Assembly (NCBI RefSeq): GCF_037042905.1
Contig: NC_087247.1
Span: 30,442,001 to 30,506,000, forward strand
DNA: 64,000 nucleotides
From: Lytechinus pictus
Taxonomy: Eukaryota
Direction: 5' to 3'
The translations under genes and the position numbers were made by a program. A model generated the notes under the pieces. That model searched no databases. It saw only the letters and a list, made by a program, of their open reading frames with translations, and was not told the origin of the DNA. Below are positions 1-10,569 of this stretch, one piece after another. Every line of letters begins with the position of its first letter. Positions within the stretch are counted from its first letter, which is position 1.

Positions 1-1372
1 CGAAACAATCCTTTATAAATTTGATCGTATTGCTCAAAAATGTTACTGATTTTGTATACTTGTATTTCAGACTGAGATGGAAGCCGCAGAGAAGGCGCGA
101 CAAAAACAACACAAAATCCCCCTATACCAAGGCCACTGAAAATGATTATCCAAAGAAACCGACACTTGTTAATCACAAAAGGTAAATAAAGTTCAAAGAC
201 CTCTCTGCCAATCTCGGCAACAACATTGTAAAACCATTTCACTGAATAGAACAAAGCATTGGTCTTTGTCTTATTGTTGCTATCTTCCCGCAGGAAGTAA
301 TTCTCGTGAATCATAACGGCAGCAGGTATCCAGGTCATGGTCATCACAAAGTTGACCAGGATTGCACTTCCGGCAAAAACCGAGAAGCATCTCAGTGCAG
401 TGATTGTGCTGACGACTCCCGCAAACAGGGCGGATGACGTTGTGAGACTGGTGACGAACATGGTGGTCACTGCATGTTTCAACGTGTCAATGACAATTGG
501 TATCATGTCTTCACGGCTACCTCCTAGATGAAGTTTCTTCTTTGTGGCTTTCCAGATGTCAACGTAGACAAAGCAGTCATCAGCACCGACCCCGATGATG
601 AGAACAGCGGTTATGACGTTGATGAATGGGAAAAATGGCACTCTGTATACAATGTGATACAGGAAAAATGCTACGACCATTGACATAATTATACTGATAA
701 ACGTCATAATAGTAATAAAGAAAGAACCGACGTAAATCCATATAATAAAAATCACACAGACGCAACCGATGGCGATGAATAACGAATCAGCAATAGCAGC
801 CTTGTTGAATACGTCCAACTTAATCCCTGAACCTATTGCTATAATCTCAAGGAAGTTTCCTCTGAGTGATGATGTCCGCATGTGTGCTTCATAGAAGGTC
901 AGTGTCTCCTGACTGTCCCACCACAGAGGAGACAGGACGAGAGTCACTTCTAACTCGTGCCTGCTATTCATCACATCGTCTACAAAGCCACTTGGTGTTA
1001 AATAATGAAATATCGTATACACGCTTCCTAGATCTGTACAGTTGCTTGGAACATTCTGGCAAGTGGCGCCGACATCCAGGCATCCAGCTGTGTAGTACGC
1101 GACGCAACCTTGCAAAAGTGTCTTCGTGGTTTCCACGTCAATATCTTCGATCTCATCGCAGGAATCCTTTCCCACGATGACGGCTACAAGGTGCCCCAAT
1201 GACCATGTAGGACAACAGTCTCCCGATGAAGTGTAAACTCCACACGATTGGTTGAAGATATCCTGATTACGAAAGTTGGTGGCGTCATGTTCACACACAG
1301 CTTTCATGACGTCAGCCGTGAACATATTCGTTGAGCCATAGGATCGATACACCATTCGAAGACGATCAGAAA
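1..1372 (-). CDS. Dispatched-like paralog A, large terminal exon (ECD1, SSD TM2-6, TM7; partial)
   Basis: Acceptor tacag at 1373-1377; open frame SDRLRMVY...GVGADD...EQYDQIYKGLF, colinear with ORF 10570..13242. Confidence 0.93.
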
Positions 1373-3313
1373 CTGTATAGAGAAAATTAATACCAAGACT
1401 ATCTTATTCATAATGTAGGATATAACTATAACCTTACCTGATAGTATACGTTTTTTATATACCGTAGATAGTTCTTTGAAGAATCTTATGAAAATATTCC
1501 TCTTCCATTTATGGTTCCATGTAGAATCATAAAGGTTCTTTCACGAACCGTTTTCGGATGGTTACACAGCATATAGTTCGCAGTTAGATTCTTTGAGGAT
1601 TCTCTTGAGAGGACAAGATAAAGAATCATTTACTTGACACCTTAATGTCTTTAAATGCATTTAATTGGAAATTTCAAGCAGAAAGGGGGAAATCAACATT
1701 AGACTGCACTGAAAGCAATTCAGTGATATGTTTCCTCACAAGTTCCCCTTTTCCGATGTTTCCGTCTATAATTCCTGGCAACGTAACACTACTATACTGT
1801 TTGGCACTATGATGCATTTGATGTATGTTTACCATTATAAACTGTCTACTTGATATGCTTTCTAAAAAAGATGAAAGTTGATGATTGTGATTTGGAAATG
1901 TAAAACAGAGCGAGGTTTATAATGTCTACTCACGCTGGGTACTGCAGACTGCTGTTTCGTTGTGTAAATCTCTTTCTATACGGCTTCTTGGCGTCTCTGA
2001 AATACTGCGTCGACTGATGTTAGAATTGTCGTTCATCGGGTTTGGAAAGAATAACTGCGTTTCTTCTGTCAGCCGTCGAAATGCCCGGACACGCCCACTG
2101 ATAACTGTTCCACGAGCTTGAAATCCCTTTAAATGTGTAAAAAAAAATTGGTATAACTTTACAACGAATCATTATTAGCAAGACTTACAAACACCAGCTA
2201 ACCGACAATCTAAATACATCATTATCATACCCATGTCAAAGGATACCCAATGCATAGAAGTCATTATTATCATCATTATCACCACCACCTCCATCACCAT
2301 CATCATAAACATCCTTATCATTATCATCATGATCATCACCATTACCATCATCATCATTTAGCAGCACCACCTCCGTTGTACGTCATAACCATAACAGGTT
2401 ACTTTCATACGAATAACCATATACTCCAATCTTTATCCTTCATAATTCAAGAAGAATATAATACACATTAACGGTACTACTACTTACAAGTAATGTGACT
2501 CATTATGGGTGCAAATCGTAAATCATGCTTTTGTAACGTCTAAAATAAAGAGATAAGGTCGAACTTCATCACCCTCCATATTCTTGATCGGTGAGTGCCA
2601 GTTAATGAAATTTTTTATTTATCTTTAAATGTTTATATTTATGGCCTGTACCTGCGTAGGATCTTCGAATGAAAGCATAGGGCCGAGACAAAATCCAATG
2701 ACCCCCGTGGTAATGACGAACAGGAGAATGACAAGGAGTACGATGGACGGACATCGAACAAGGAATTCAGCATAGCTATACAAAAGACAAAATAAAGAAA
2801 TACATTTATATCGCCGAAAAAGCAGCCCGAATGTTGTTATCTATCAAGTGAACCTGAAATTTAAACAACCTGAAAATTAAATTTCTAAGGAAAAATTATT
2901 TGGATTGATATGATTTAATTCTTTAATAATAAACAAACTATTATTAAGACCCTTACTTATTTCATAAAGTGGTATTAATCTCCTATGCAATGATGACTTC
3001 TAAATAGCAGATGATTCTACTCGGCTAAACAAAATGATAATTCAATGTTTTTAGTGTTTTCATCCATAATTTCTGATTTTCCTATATGAAAATTAGAACA
3101 TTGAATTAATTTATATGATGTGGAAACAACATTTAATACGAACATAGCATAAACAAAAAAATGAACAATAATAATATTCAAGTAATTCACGTATTTCATT
3201 CACCTGTGCCAGCAACTAGTGAAGATTTCCATGACGTCACTTTCCTTCTTTCCAACCCAGCCTGTAAAATGTTGGCCTTTGCTGTTGTGTTTGATCTCTG
3301 TGGTAACTTTCAT
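1..3313 (-). CDS. DISP1: Dispatched-like RND/SSD protein, paralog A (spliced; 3' end runs off the window)
   Basis: Hand-spliced exons 3313-3204, 2775-2652, 2126-1934, 1372-<1 with GT/AG ends and compatible phases (2,0,1). The frame is open to base 1: MKVTTEIK...YAEFLVRCPSIVLL...LSFEDPTQ/GFQARGTVISGR...FFPFINVITAVLIIGVGADDCFVYVDIWK...LPSQSEIQVY. It is missing from the ORF track because it has no stop inside the window. The symbol denotes family similarity, not proven orthology. Confidence 0.93.
1934..2126 (-). CDS. Dispatched-like paralog A, ECD1 start exon
   Basis: GFQARGTVISGRVRAF...RIERDLHNETAVCSTQ; aag acceptor, gtgagt donor, 193 nt. Confidence 0.9.
2652..2775 (-). CDS. Dispatched-like paralog A, TM1 exon
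   Basis: YAEFLVRCPSIVLLVILLFVITTGVIGFCLGPMLSFEDPTQ; 124 nt, as in paralogs B and C. Confidence 0.9.
3204..3313 (-). CDS. Dispatched-like paralog A, first coding exon
   Basis: ATG at 3313 (MKVTT...CWHS), gtgaat donor in phase 2, acceptor ttccag before 3330. An upstream GAG|GTAAGT donor at 4078 would bring an in-frame stop, implying a 5'UTR exon. Confidence 0.7.
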
Positions 3314-4451
3314 GATTGTTCGGGTAAGATCTGGAACAATTGAATATCAAAATGAGCATGAGAATTTCAAACACTCATGATTTAGATTTATTATATTTTC
3401 ACTGCAAAGTTAAAGATTACATAAACAAAGAATTAACATGTTATCAAATTTTTGCCACATTCTGCAAATTCAGTATATGTCAAATGTATTTCCATTTATT
3501 TCTAATATACAAGGTTTTCATAAAGTATAGTTACAAAACTAACCACCTATGCTATGTTTATTTTTTTCGGTGCCATTAGTGACAGGTTCGTCAAACCAAA
3601 AATACCATAATCATTGAATTTCTGACACATAAAACAATTTCAATTTTCAAATCTTAATCTATTCATTTCCAGTCTTTTAAAGAAGTCGTGTTTTTGCCTA
3701 GTAACAGATCGTAAACTGTTATTTTTGTTTTGTATATATAATCCATTTACGGGAAATCTATAAAGATGAAGATTGTAAACGGAGAAATATCGGAATCTGT
3801 GAATAATCAAATGCATTTTATAAAGAATATGAAATCTTTTTATCAGATCAATCAAATCATTTGAGTGAAATGTGTTAAATTGTTGTTAGCGATTGTTTTC
3901 AGCAAATGTGATTCATCTGAAGCACAGGGGGGGGGGGGACAACACCTATGTACCCAGCTTCCTTTTCTCTGGCAATTATTCCAAAGTGTGTCTTATTCAG
4001 CATGTTCAGATTTGGTCAAAAACTCCAAACAAATGTCTTCAAAACTGAAAAGGAATGAGATGATGTAATTGACTTACCTCAAATTTTACACACAACATCG
4101 ATTAAAGCATTTTGCAGCTGGGTAGCGAAGTTATCCACCTAAGTAGAATTATTCCCATCACGGAAAATCAATCTCTGATATACGCTCCAAATCATTATGA
4201 TGCTTTTATGGGAGAGCTGATAGTCATTACTATTCAACATCCGAACTTTTCACTCCGGATTAAGCCGTTATATTGACCCAAGAACAACCATGACTACTAC
4301 ACATTACGTCACAAAAGTGTCTGTTGATCAATCCCTTAAACATGAGTGTTTTCTTTGACTTAAGCTGAATCTTTAATCACAGAGAAGGATGACTGTTGAT
4401 TTAAAAAATGGGCATGGAAAGTGATTTTTGTTTAAAGGGGGTATGGAGGGA

Positions 4452-4671
4452 GGCGCGATAGCTCAGTCGGTAGAGCGGGGGACTCGTATTCCGGTGACCC
4501 GGGTTCGATTCTCACTTGGTGCGCTAGTGCCCTTTGGTAAGGCATTAATCCTCAGTACCAGGTCCTTCGGAGAGGACCTTAAGCCGTCGGTCCTCTGGTT
4601 GCTTGCTTACAAGCATTCATGCTTTCTTAGCAATCAAGTAAAAAATCACCACCAATATTTCCAATAAGCTA
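4452..4671 (+). mobile_element. tRNA-derived SINE
   Basis: Pol III box A TAGCTCAGTCGG and box B GGTTCGATTCT, then gtgccctttggtaaggcattaatcc and gtccttcggagaggaccttaagccgtcggtcc, resembling conserved SINE central domains; the cloverleaf is imperfect. Confidence 0.8.
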
Positions 4672-4996
4672 NNNNNNNNNNNNNNNNNNNNNNNNNNNNN
4701 NNNNNNNNNNNNNNNNNNNNNNNNNNNNNNNNNNNNNNNNNNNNNNNNNNNNNNNNNNNNNNNNNNNNNNNNNNNNNNNNNNNNNNNNNNNNNNNNNNNN
4801 NNNNNNNNNNNNNNNNNNNNNNNNNNNNNNNNNNNNNNNNNNNNNNNNNNNNNNNNNNNNNNNNNNNNNNNNNNNNNNNNNNNNNNNNNNNNNNNNNNNN
4901 NNNNNNCGATGAGAGTGAGTTCCAATTCATTTTTTTATGAATTGTTTCATATTAAAGATTTAATATTTCATTCCATTCATTAAATTATCCCTGCTT

Positions 4997-5189
4997 CAGT
5001 GGCGTACCTAGTAATTTCCACAGGGGGGGGCAAATTCGTCCGCCAAAAAATTAGACAAGCAAAAAAAAAAAAAAAAAAAAAGGTCTTCAAGACTCGTCAG
5101 GGGGGGGGCAGGGATATGTCCCTTACATGGGTTCTGACTCGTCAGGGGGGGGGGGCACTCTGCCCCCCCCCCCCGTAGGTACGCTAGAG
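4997..5189 (+). mobile_element. hAT-type MITE (same family as 53204-53472, opposite orientation)
   Basis: Termini cagtggcgtacc...ggtacgctagag with internal ctcgtcaggggg repeats; reverse-complement similarity to 53204-53472. Confidence 0.75.
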
Positions 5190-5190
5190 G

Positions 5191-5400
5191 TTCACATAGT
5201 GTACTATGTGAAAATATTATTCATATTGTTCAGATACTCACATTTTCACACTGTGGACACCTCGACAGTGTGACTGTCACAGAGTGTTCACAGGGTCGAC
5301 TATGTGAACATGTGATTCACACTGTTGAAATGTTCAACTTTAACAGTGTGATGGTGATTGCAAATTGTGTTCCACACTGTGAACACACTGCGGGACACTG
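5191..5400. repeat. Palindrome-rich foldback-like repeat
   Basis: ttcacatagt-gt-actatgtgaa hairpin and repeated cacactgt/acagtgtg words. Confidence 0.5.
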
Positions 5401-5977
5401 TGTTCTTTCCAGTAGGGATATAGTCTGCAGGCACAGACCCTGATTGAAGCTTTGATCAGCAAGTGTGTCCCCACGCAAAGACTAGCACATACACAACTTG
5501 CTGGGCGAGAGGGCATTCAGTACACAAGGCATTAGTAGGCTGCACATTCAGACCCTTAACTCGAATGAAGGGTTTGCACAGCAGACTTGTAGGGATACTC
5601 CATGAAACGAAGTATTACCTTAATTTTGAATTTATTTGAAAATGTACACTTGCCACCATTTTTACGAAATGATTCCACCATTTCCCATTCTTGGTGCAGA
5701 CATTATGATTGTATGGATGATATACCATTTAATTATATGAATTACTGTCTTCAGCTGTATCCACTTCGGAATGCACGTGCAATCTCTATGAGCCTCTCTC
5801 AAACGCTAAAGAGTAAAGAAGTCCGAAATCTCTTATTAATTGCACAAACACACCTTGGGAATAACTTGGTGTATATAATGATGATCTATTTTCATTTTCA
5901 TTACATATTGAAATTGCCTGAAATTTAGTTCGCATGAAAGAAAAATCTATCACAAAATTTAAACATTCAGATTAGTA

Positions 5978-6214
5978 CACGGTAAAAAATATTGGGTAAA
6001 AATTTAACCAGCACGAGGGTAATTGTGTGTCCAACCAATTTGGGGCAGTATTTACCCAATGCGGGAAGCATATTGTCCGGTAAGGTTAAAAGTAAGCAGC
6101 AATTACTTTAGAATGGGCAAAATTTTCATCACACTGGATACATACAAATGCCCAATGTTGGCTGGACACATAATTACCTTCATGGAGTATTTTTACCCAA
6201 TATTTTTTAGAGTG
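5978..6214. mobile_element. MITE with TA target duplication
   Basis: TA|cacggtaaaaaatattgggtaaaa ... ttttacccaatattttttagagtg|TA. Confidence 0.75.
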
Positions 6215-6795
6215 TATGTATGTATATGGGCAAGCATTATATCAAATCGCTTTCATTGCTACACGATTTATTGGCATTGATTAATTTTGAATTTATTTCG
6301 AGAAAATTATATGAAATAAAAAAAAATGAAATTAATTCATAATGGAAGTTTATTGTTCAACGCTAAATAACAAGGCAGTATATTGTAAATCACTGTAGAA
6401 ATTACAGTTGGGTTAATAATACGGTAATGATATAATTTCCATAAATTTGGCGTTTCATAATTTTTCAGCTTTTCCAATGATACCAGATTTCCCCAATATA
6501 GGCCTACATTCCAGCTATAGCATAATTCCCCCTGGGTTTTGAAAAGGTATTTCCTTTATTAGTTTGTTTCTCTGTCTTATCTTAGCTTTCATAAGTTCTA
6601 TTAATACCTCGCACCCTCTATCATCTGTCAACTGTGAATGTGTTTGTTGCCCCCCCCCCCCCCTCCTTTACCCACTTCTCCCTCTTTTCTATCTGTCGCC
6701 CTCTAAGTCTCAGATAATCCTTCACGTGCAGACCTGTATTTTGAACTCCGGTCTGAATGTGGTCTAGCGATGGATAGCTTAATGTGACTTGTGAC

Positions 6796-9149
6796 CATGG
6801 GCGGAAATCCAAGGGGGGACAGGGGGGACGTGTCCCCCCTACTCTAAATAGTAGGGGGGACACAATATCAAATGTCCCCCCTACTATTTTTTGTCTTTTA
6901 TGATGGTAAGAAATGCATCATTCTAAATCGAAATAAAACATGTATTTTGGGACGAGTTGGGACGAGATGACCGTACTTTTGGGATGATAACCTTTTTTTT
7001 GCTTGTCAAATTTTCCCGCCCTTGTCCCCATAGGCGGATCTAGAGGGGCCGAGGGCCCACCCCCCCCCCCCTATTGGCGGAGCAAAAAAAGAAAAAAAAG
7101 AAAAAAAGAAGGAAGGAAAAAGGATGGAAAAGAGAGGAGGAAAAGAAGAGAAGGACGACGAGTGCATAAAATAAGATGAGGGGAAGACTTGGAAAATAAA
7201 AATAATCTTTCGTGCCCCTATATAAAATTTTCGCTCGCGCTTCGCGCTCGCATTGCCTGTTAGGTGATTTACATATCTTGTTCAATATGGAGCTCAAATA
7301 TCAAGTTTGTACGTCAATATACAAAACATATTTCACCTCGGAAATCGAACTTTCATTATTTTGTGTGATTTACAAATTGATTTTTAAAAAGTGCTCTGTA
7401 AAAATGTCAGTTTAATGGTTTAAATAATTTTATTAACATTTGCTGCTTGCGCTGCGCACTCGCAAATTTTGATTTATCAGGTACCTATTATTTTCGTGTA
7501 TTCCATAAAGTTTTCAAAATATCCCTTTTCAGGTCTGATTGTCAAGACGTATCAGCTAGCGCTGCACGCTGGCATTTCGATTGGCGAGTTATGTATGTTT
7601 CAATATTGATTATGCAAAAAACTACTTAAAATCCCCTTTACATGACAGTTTATCAAAAATTTTAGCTCGCGATTTGCGCTCGCATTAATGGTTAAAAATA
7701 TATTAACTGATGCATCCTATTCATAATTACAAAAGTGAAATGTCCAGTTCTTATGCCATAAATGAGATTTCGCGCCCTCATTAGGCATTAATAATATTAA
7801 TTTAATAGTTAAATTGTCCCTTCTGTTTCATCTCGCGCTTAGCAAGAGGAATAGGAAGATAGTCATCATTTTCATTACATGTCATAAGGATGTCCCTGTC
7901 CTATGTCAAAACTCAAAGTAATAATAATGAAAATTTTTGCTCTTTTTTTTAAGTGCGATCCATATCCATCTTACAATTTTCCTACAAAATGCTTGAAATA
8001 TAAAGCTGTAATTGACTCTTTTTTCAGATCGGAATATCAAAGTTTCATGATTTTCATGATAAAAGATGTATTTAGAATGCCTAGATTCTAGGTCTAAATA
8101 TGAAACACGCGCACGCATGTTTATTCAAATACTCAACTTGTTCTCTATTTAAATCATTATCCAGTTTCAGATCACAATATCAAAAATTTTCTGCTGGCGC
8201 TTTGTGGTCGCATTATTAATGTAGGAAGACCCCCTATAACTCATCCTTTTCATGATTTACAAAACATTGATTTTGATTGATTTATTTTATTTAAACACGG
8301 TAAAAAGCCCTCGATCAGCCTATGGCTGTTTACAAAACATGAACAGAGCGGCCCATTTTTAGGTCTAAATCTCGATTTTTTTATTCTGCTCGCGCTTCGC
8401 GCTCGCATCAATTGTTGAATTATATAGCTACCCTGTTCACGATTACAAAAATTGATTAAAATTTTCCATTCTTTCTTTAGAAATTTTCAAAAATTTTCAG
8501 CTCGCGCTTCGCGCTCGCATTTTTTGATTGTTGAAATATGTAACGCCTTCATGGCTAAGTGCAAGCAGTCCTTAACAGGTACCAGTTCAAATCGTATATA
8601 AAAGTTTTCTGCTCGCGCTTTGCGCTCGCATTATTAATACTCATCCTTTTCATGATTTACAAAACATGAATAGAGTGTCTCGTTCAGTATATATTATAGG
8701 ACTAATTCTTTAGGTGAAAATGTTTAAAAAAATCAGCTCGCGCTTCGCGCTCGCATTATTTTATTGTTAAATGCTAACTGCACGCAGTCTTTAACAGGTA
8801 TCTTTTCCATCAGTTCATATCTGCTCGCGCTTTGCGTTCGTAGTAATATTTTCAGTATAACAAACATTGCCCACAATGTTCAAATTTTAGGAAAAAATAC
8901 ATAAAATTTCCAAAAAATTTGCTCGCGCTCGCATCATATAAATAAGGATTATGATATTATATATTAATTTATAAGAATAAAGCTAAGAAGTGACTAATGA
9001 GGACTACCCCTTCAAAGAAACAAACAAATCATCTTCGAGCTGCCGATCGGGGAAAATATGGCTGAAACAAATTTCCGCCCCCCTCCTATTGGCGAAGGCT
9101 GGATCCGCCCCTGTGTCCCCCTACCTTTTGGGAGAGATTTCCGCCCCTG
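6796..9149. mobile_element. hAT-type MITE interrupted by a second element
   Basis: Perfect 8-bp TSD cttgtgac (6788-6795 and 9150-9157); TIRs catgggcggaaatc / gatttccgcccctg; an uninterrupted relative lies at 52058-52310. Confidence 0.85.
7029..9113. mobile_element. Nested non-autonomous DNA transposon with internal gctcgcgcttcgcgctcgcatt repeats
   Basis: TIRs cataggcggatc / ggatccgcccctg flanked by tgtccc on both sides; about 11 motif copies, many spaced about 110 bp apart. Confidence 0.8.
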
Positions 9150-10094
9150 CTTGTGACACAAACTTTTCTAGTAGAATTATCCTCTGATGGATAACTCTAC
9201 TAAAATATAAGGAATGGGTGGAATAAAAAAGAACGGTCTGTCCCTCTTGGACTCTTCTTTTTAATTGATGCTTAGATTTTTATGCGCAAATGATACACAA
9301 AACATAGGTGAAGTTACAAGTCTGATACTATTGTTCTATGAAATTTAATGCACAGTGTAATATAAATACATTTTTCTTCAAATGAAAAAAAACAATACAA
9401 AAAATATATAGTTTTAACAAATTCCAATTGCACACTACGATGAAATATCAATATATATTATACATTCCAATAAAATATCTGTCGTGGCCAATTTCAAAAC
9501 TTAAAAATAGGGCATATTGCAAGTCTTTGTGACAAATCATGGCTAGTCAATAAGTTCTCGAACTTCATCCTTTTACAAACAAAAATATTTCATAATGTTT
9601 CAACATAATATATCGTAATGTAACGGAATGATAAACAGAGTCAATCAGTATTCATGACTTACGGCAAAAGGGCAAGTATGGAATTGAAGCAGAAAAAAAT
9701 AATTAAAAGAAATGTTGTTGCTTTAAGAAATAATATTGTTTTGATGTAGTGCACGATAGATGCCGGTGGTTAAAGTGAGCATATATCTTTTGTAGACGTA
9801 CAGTTGCAACGGAGAATATTGTTGTGTTAAAAAAATAATAAACAAATGCAAAAATAATGTGATAATATTTATTGTAAATCTTAGTTTCTTGCTTTATTAT
9901 GACTAGGCTTCTAAAACTGTGAATTACGATAAAGAGAAATACAAAGTCAAGTTCATATGACACGCTTTGATACACACATCCATACAACCTCAATCACAAA
10001 CACACCAACATAACACACACAGACGCACACACTGACGCAGTCATCCCACTCACACATCATCCCACAGTTACACACCAACACATCCGCACCCACC

Positions 10095-10461
10095 CCCTGA
10101 GGCGCCAGTCAAATGAATTGCTTTACACATGCGTGGCCAAATTATTTCCAAACACCACCGAAACGAGTTTTTCTCTGTGTGCAAAATAACCCCCTGAACA
10201 AGTTTTTCGCGGGCTTTATATTTGCACAGTTTGGCCCCTAAACAATTTGTCGCCAGAATATGACCCCGGGGAAAATGCTTGGGGAAAATAATCATACCCT
10301 AAACACGTTGGCTAGTCTTGTTGAAAAAAAAGCTTTGGAAAAAAAAATACCCTAAATACGTTTGACCCTGCGATTTACCATTGACCAGTCTTTCCCAAAA
10401 CTACCCCGCGTTTATTTGGTCACGCGTGTGTACAGCAATATATTTGATTGGCCCCCCAGGG
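10095..10461. mobile_element. MITE just downstream of the paralog B stop codon
   Basis: ~48-bp imperfect TIRs (ccctg.gg.gcca.tcaaat..attgct.tacaca.gcgtg.ccaaat); flanks cacccacc / cacccatc. Confidence 0.75.
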
Positions 10462-10569
10462 CACCCATCCAGCCTCACATATGCACGCACACTTATTTGG
10501 TTTTCATTAACTCGACAGAAGATAAGTGATACAGAAACATAATGATCAGTCATTAAATCATGGTTTCCA

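Noticed and set aside
2175-2471. His-rich and Met-rich ORFs
   Set aside because: Intronic (CAT)n microsatellite in paralog A.
4452-4525. Possible tRNA gene
   Set aside because: T-stem and acceptor stem pair poorly, there is no oligo-T terminator, and it continues into a SINE body.
7230-8940. CRISPR-like repeat-spacer pattern
   Set aside because: Eukaryotic context, degenerate repeats, related spacers, enclosed by transposon TIRs and no cas genes.
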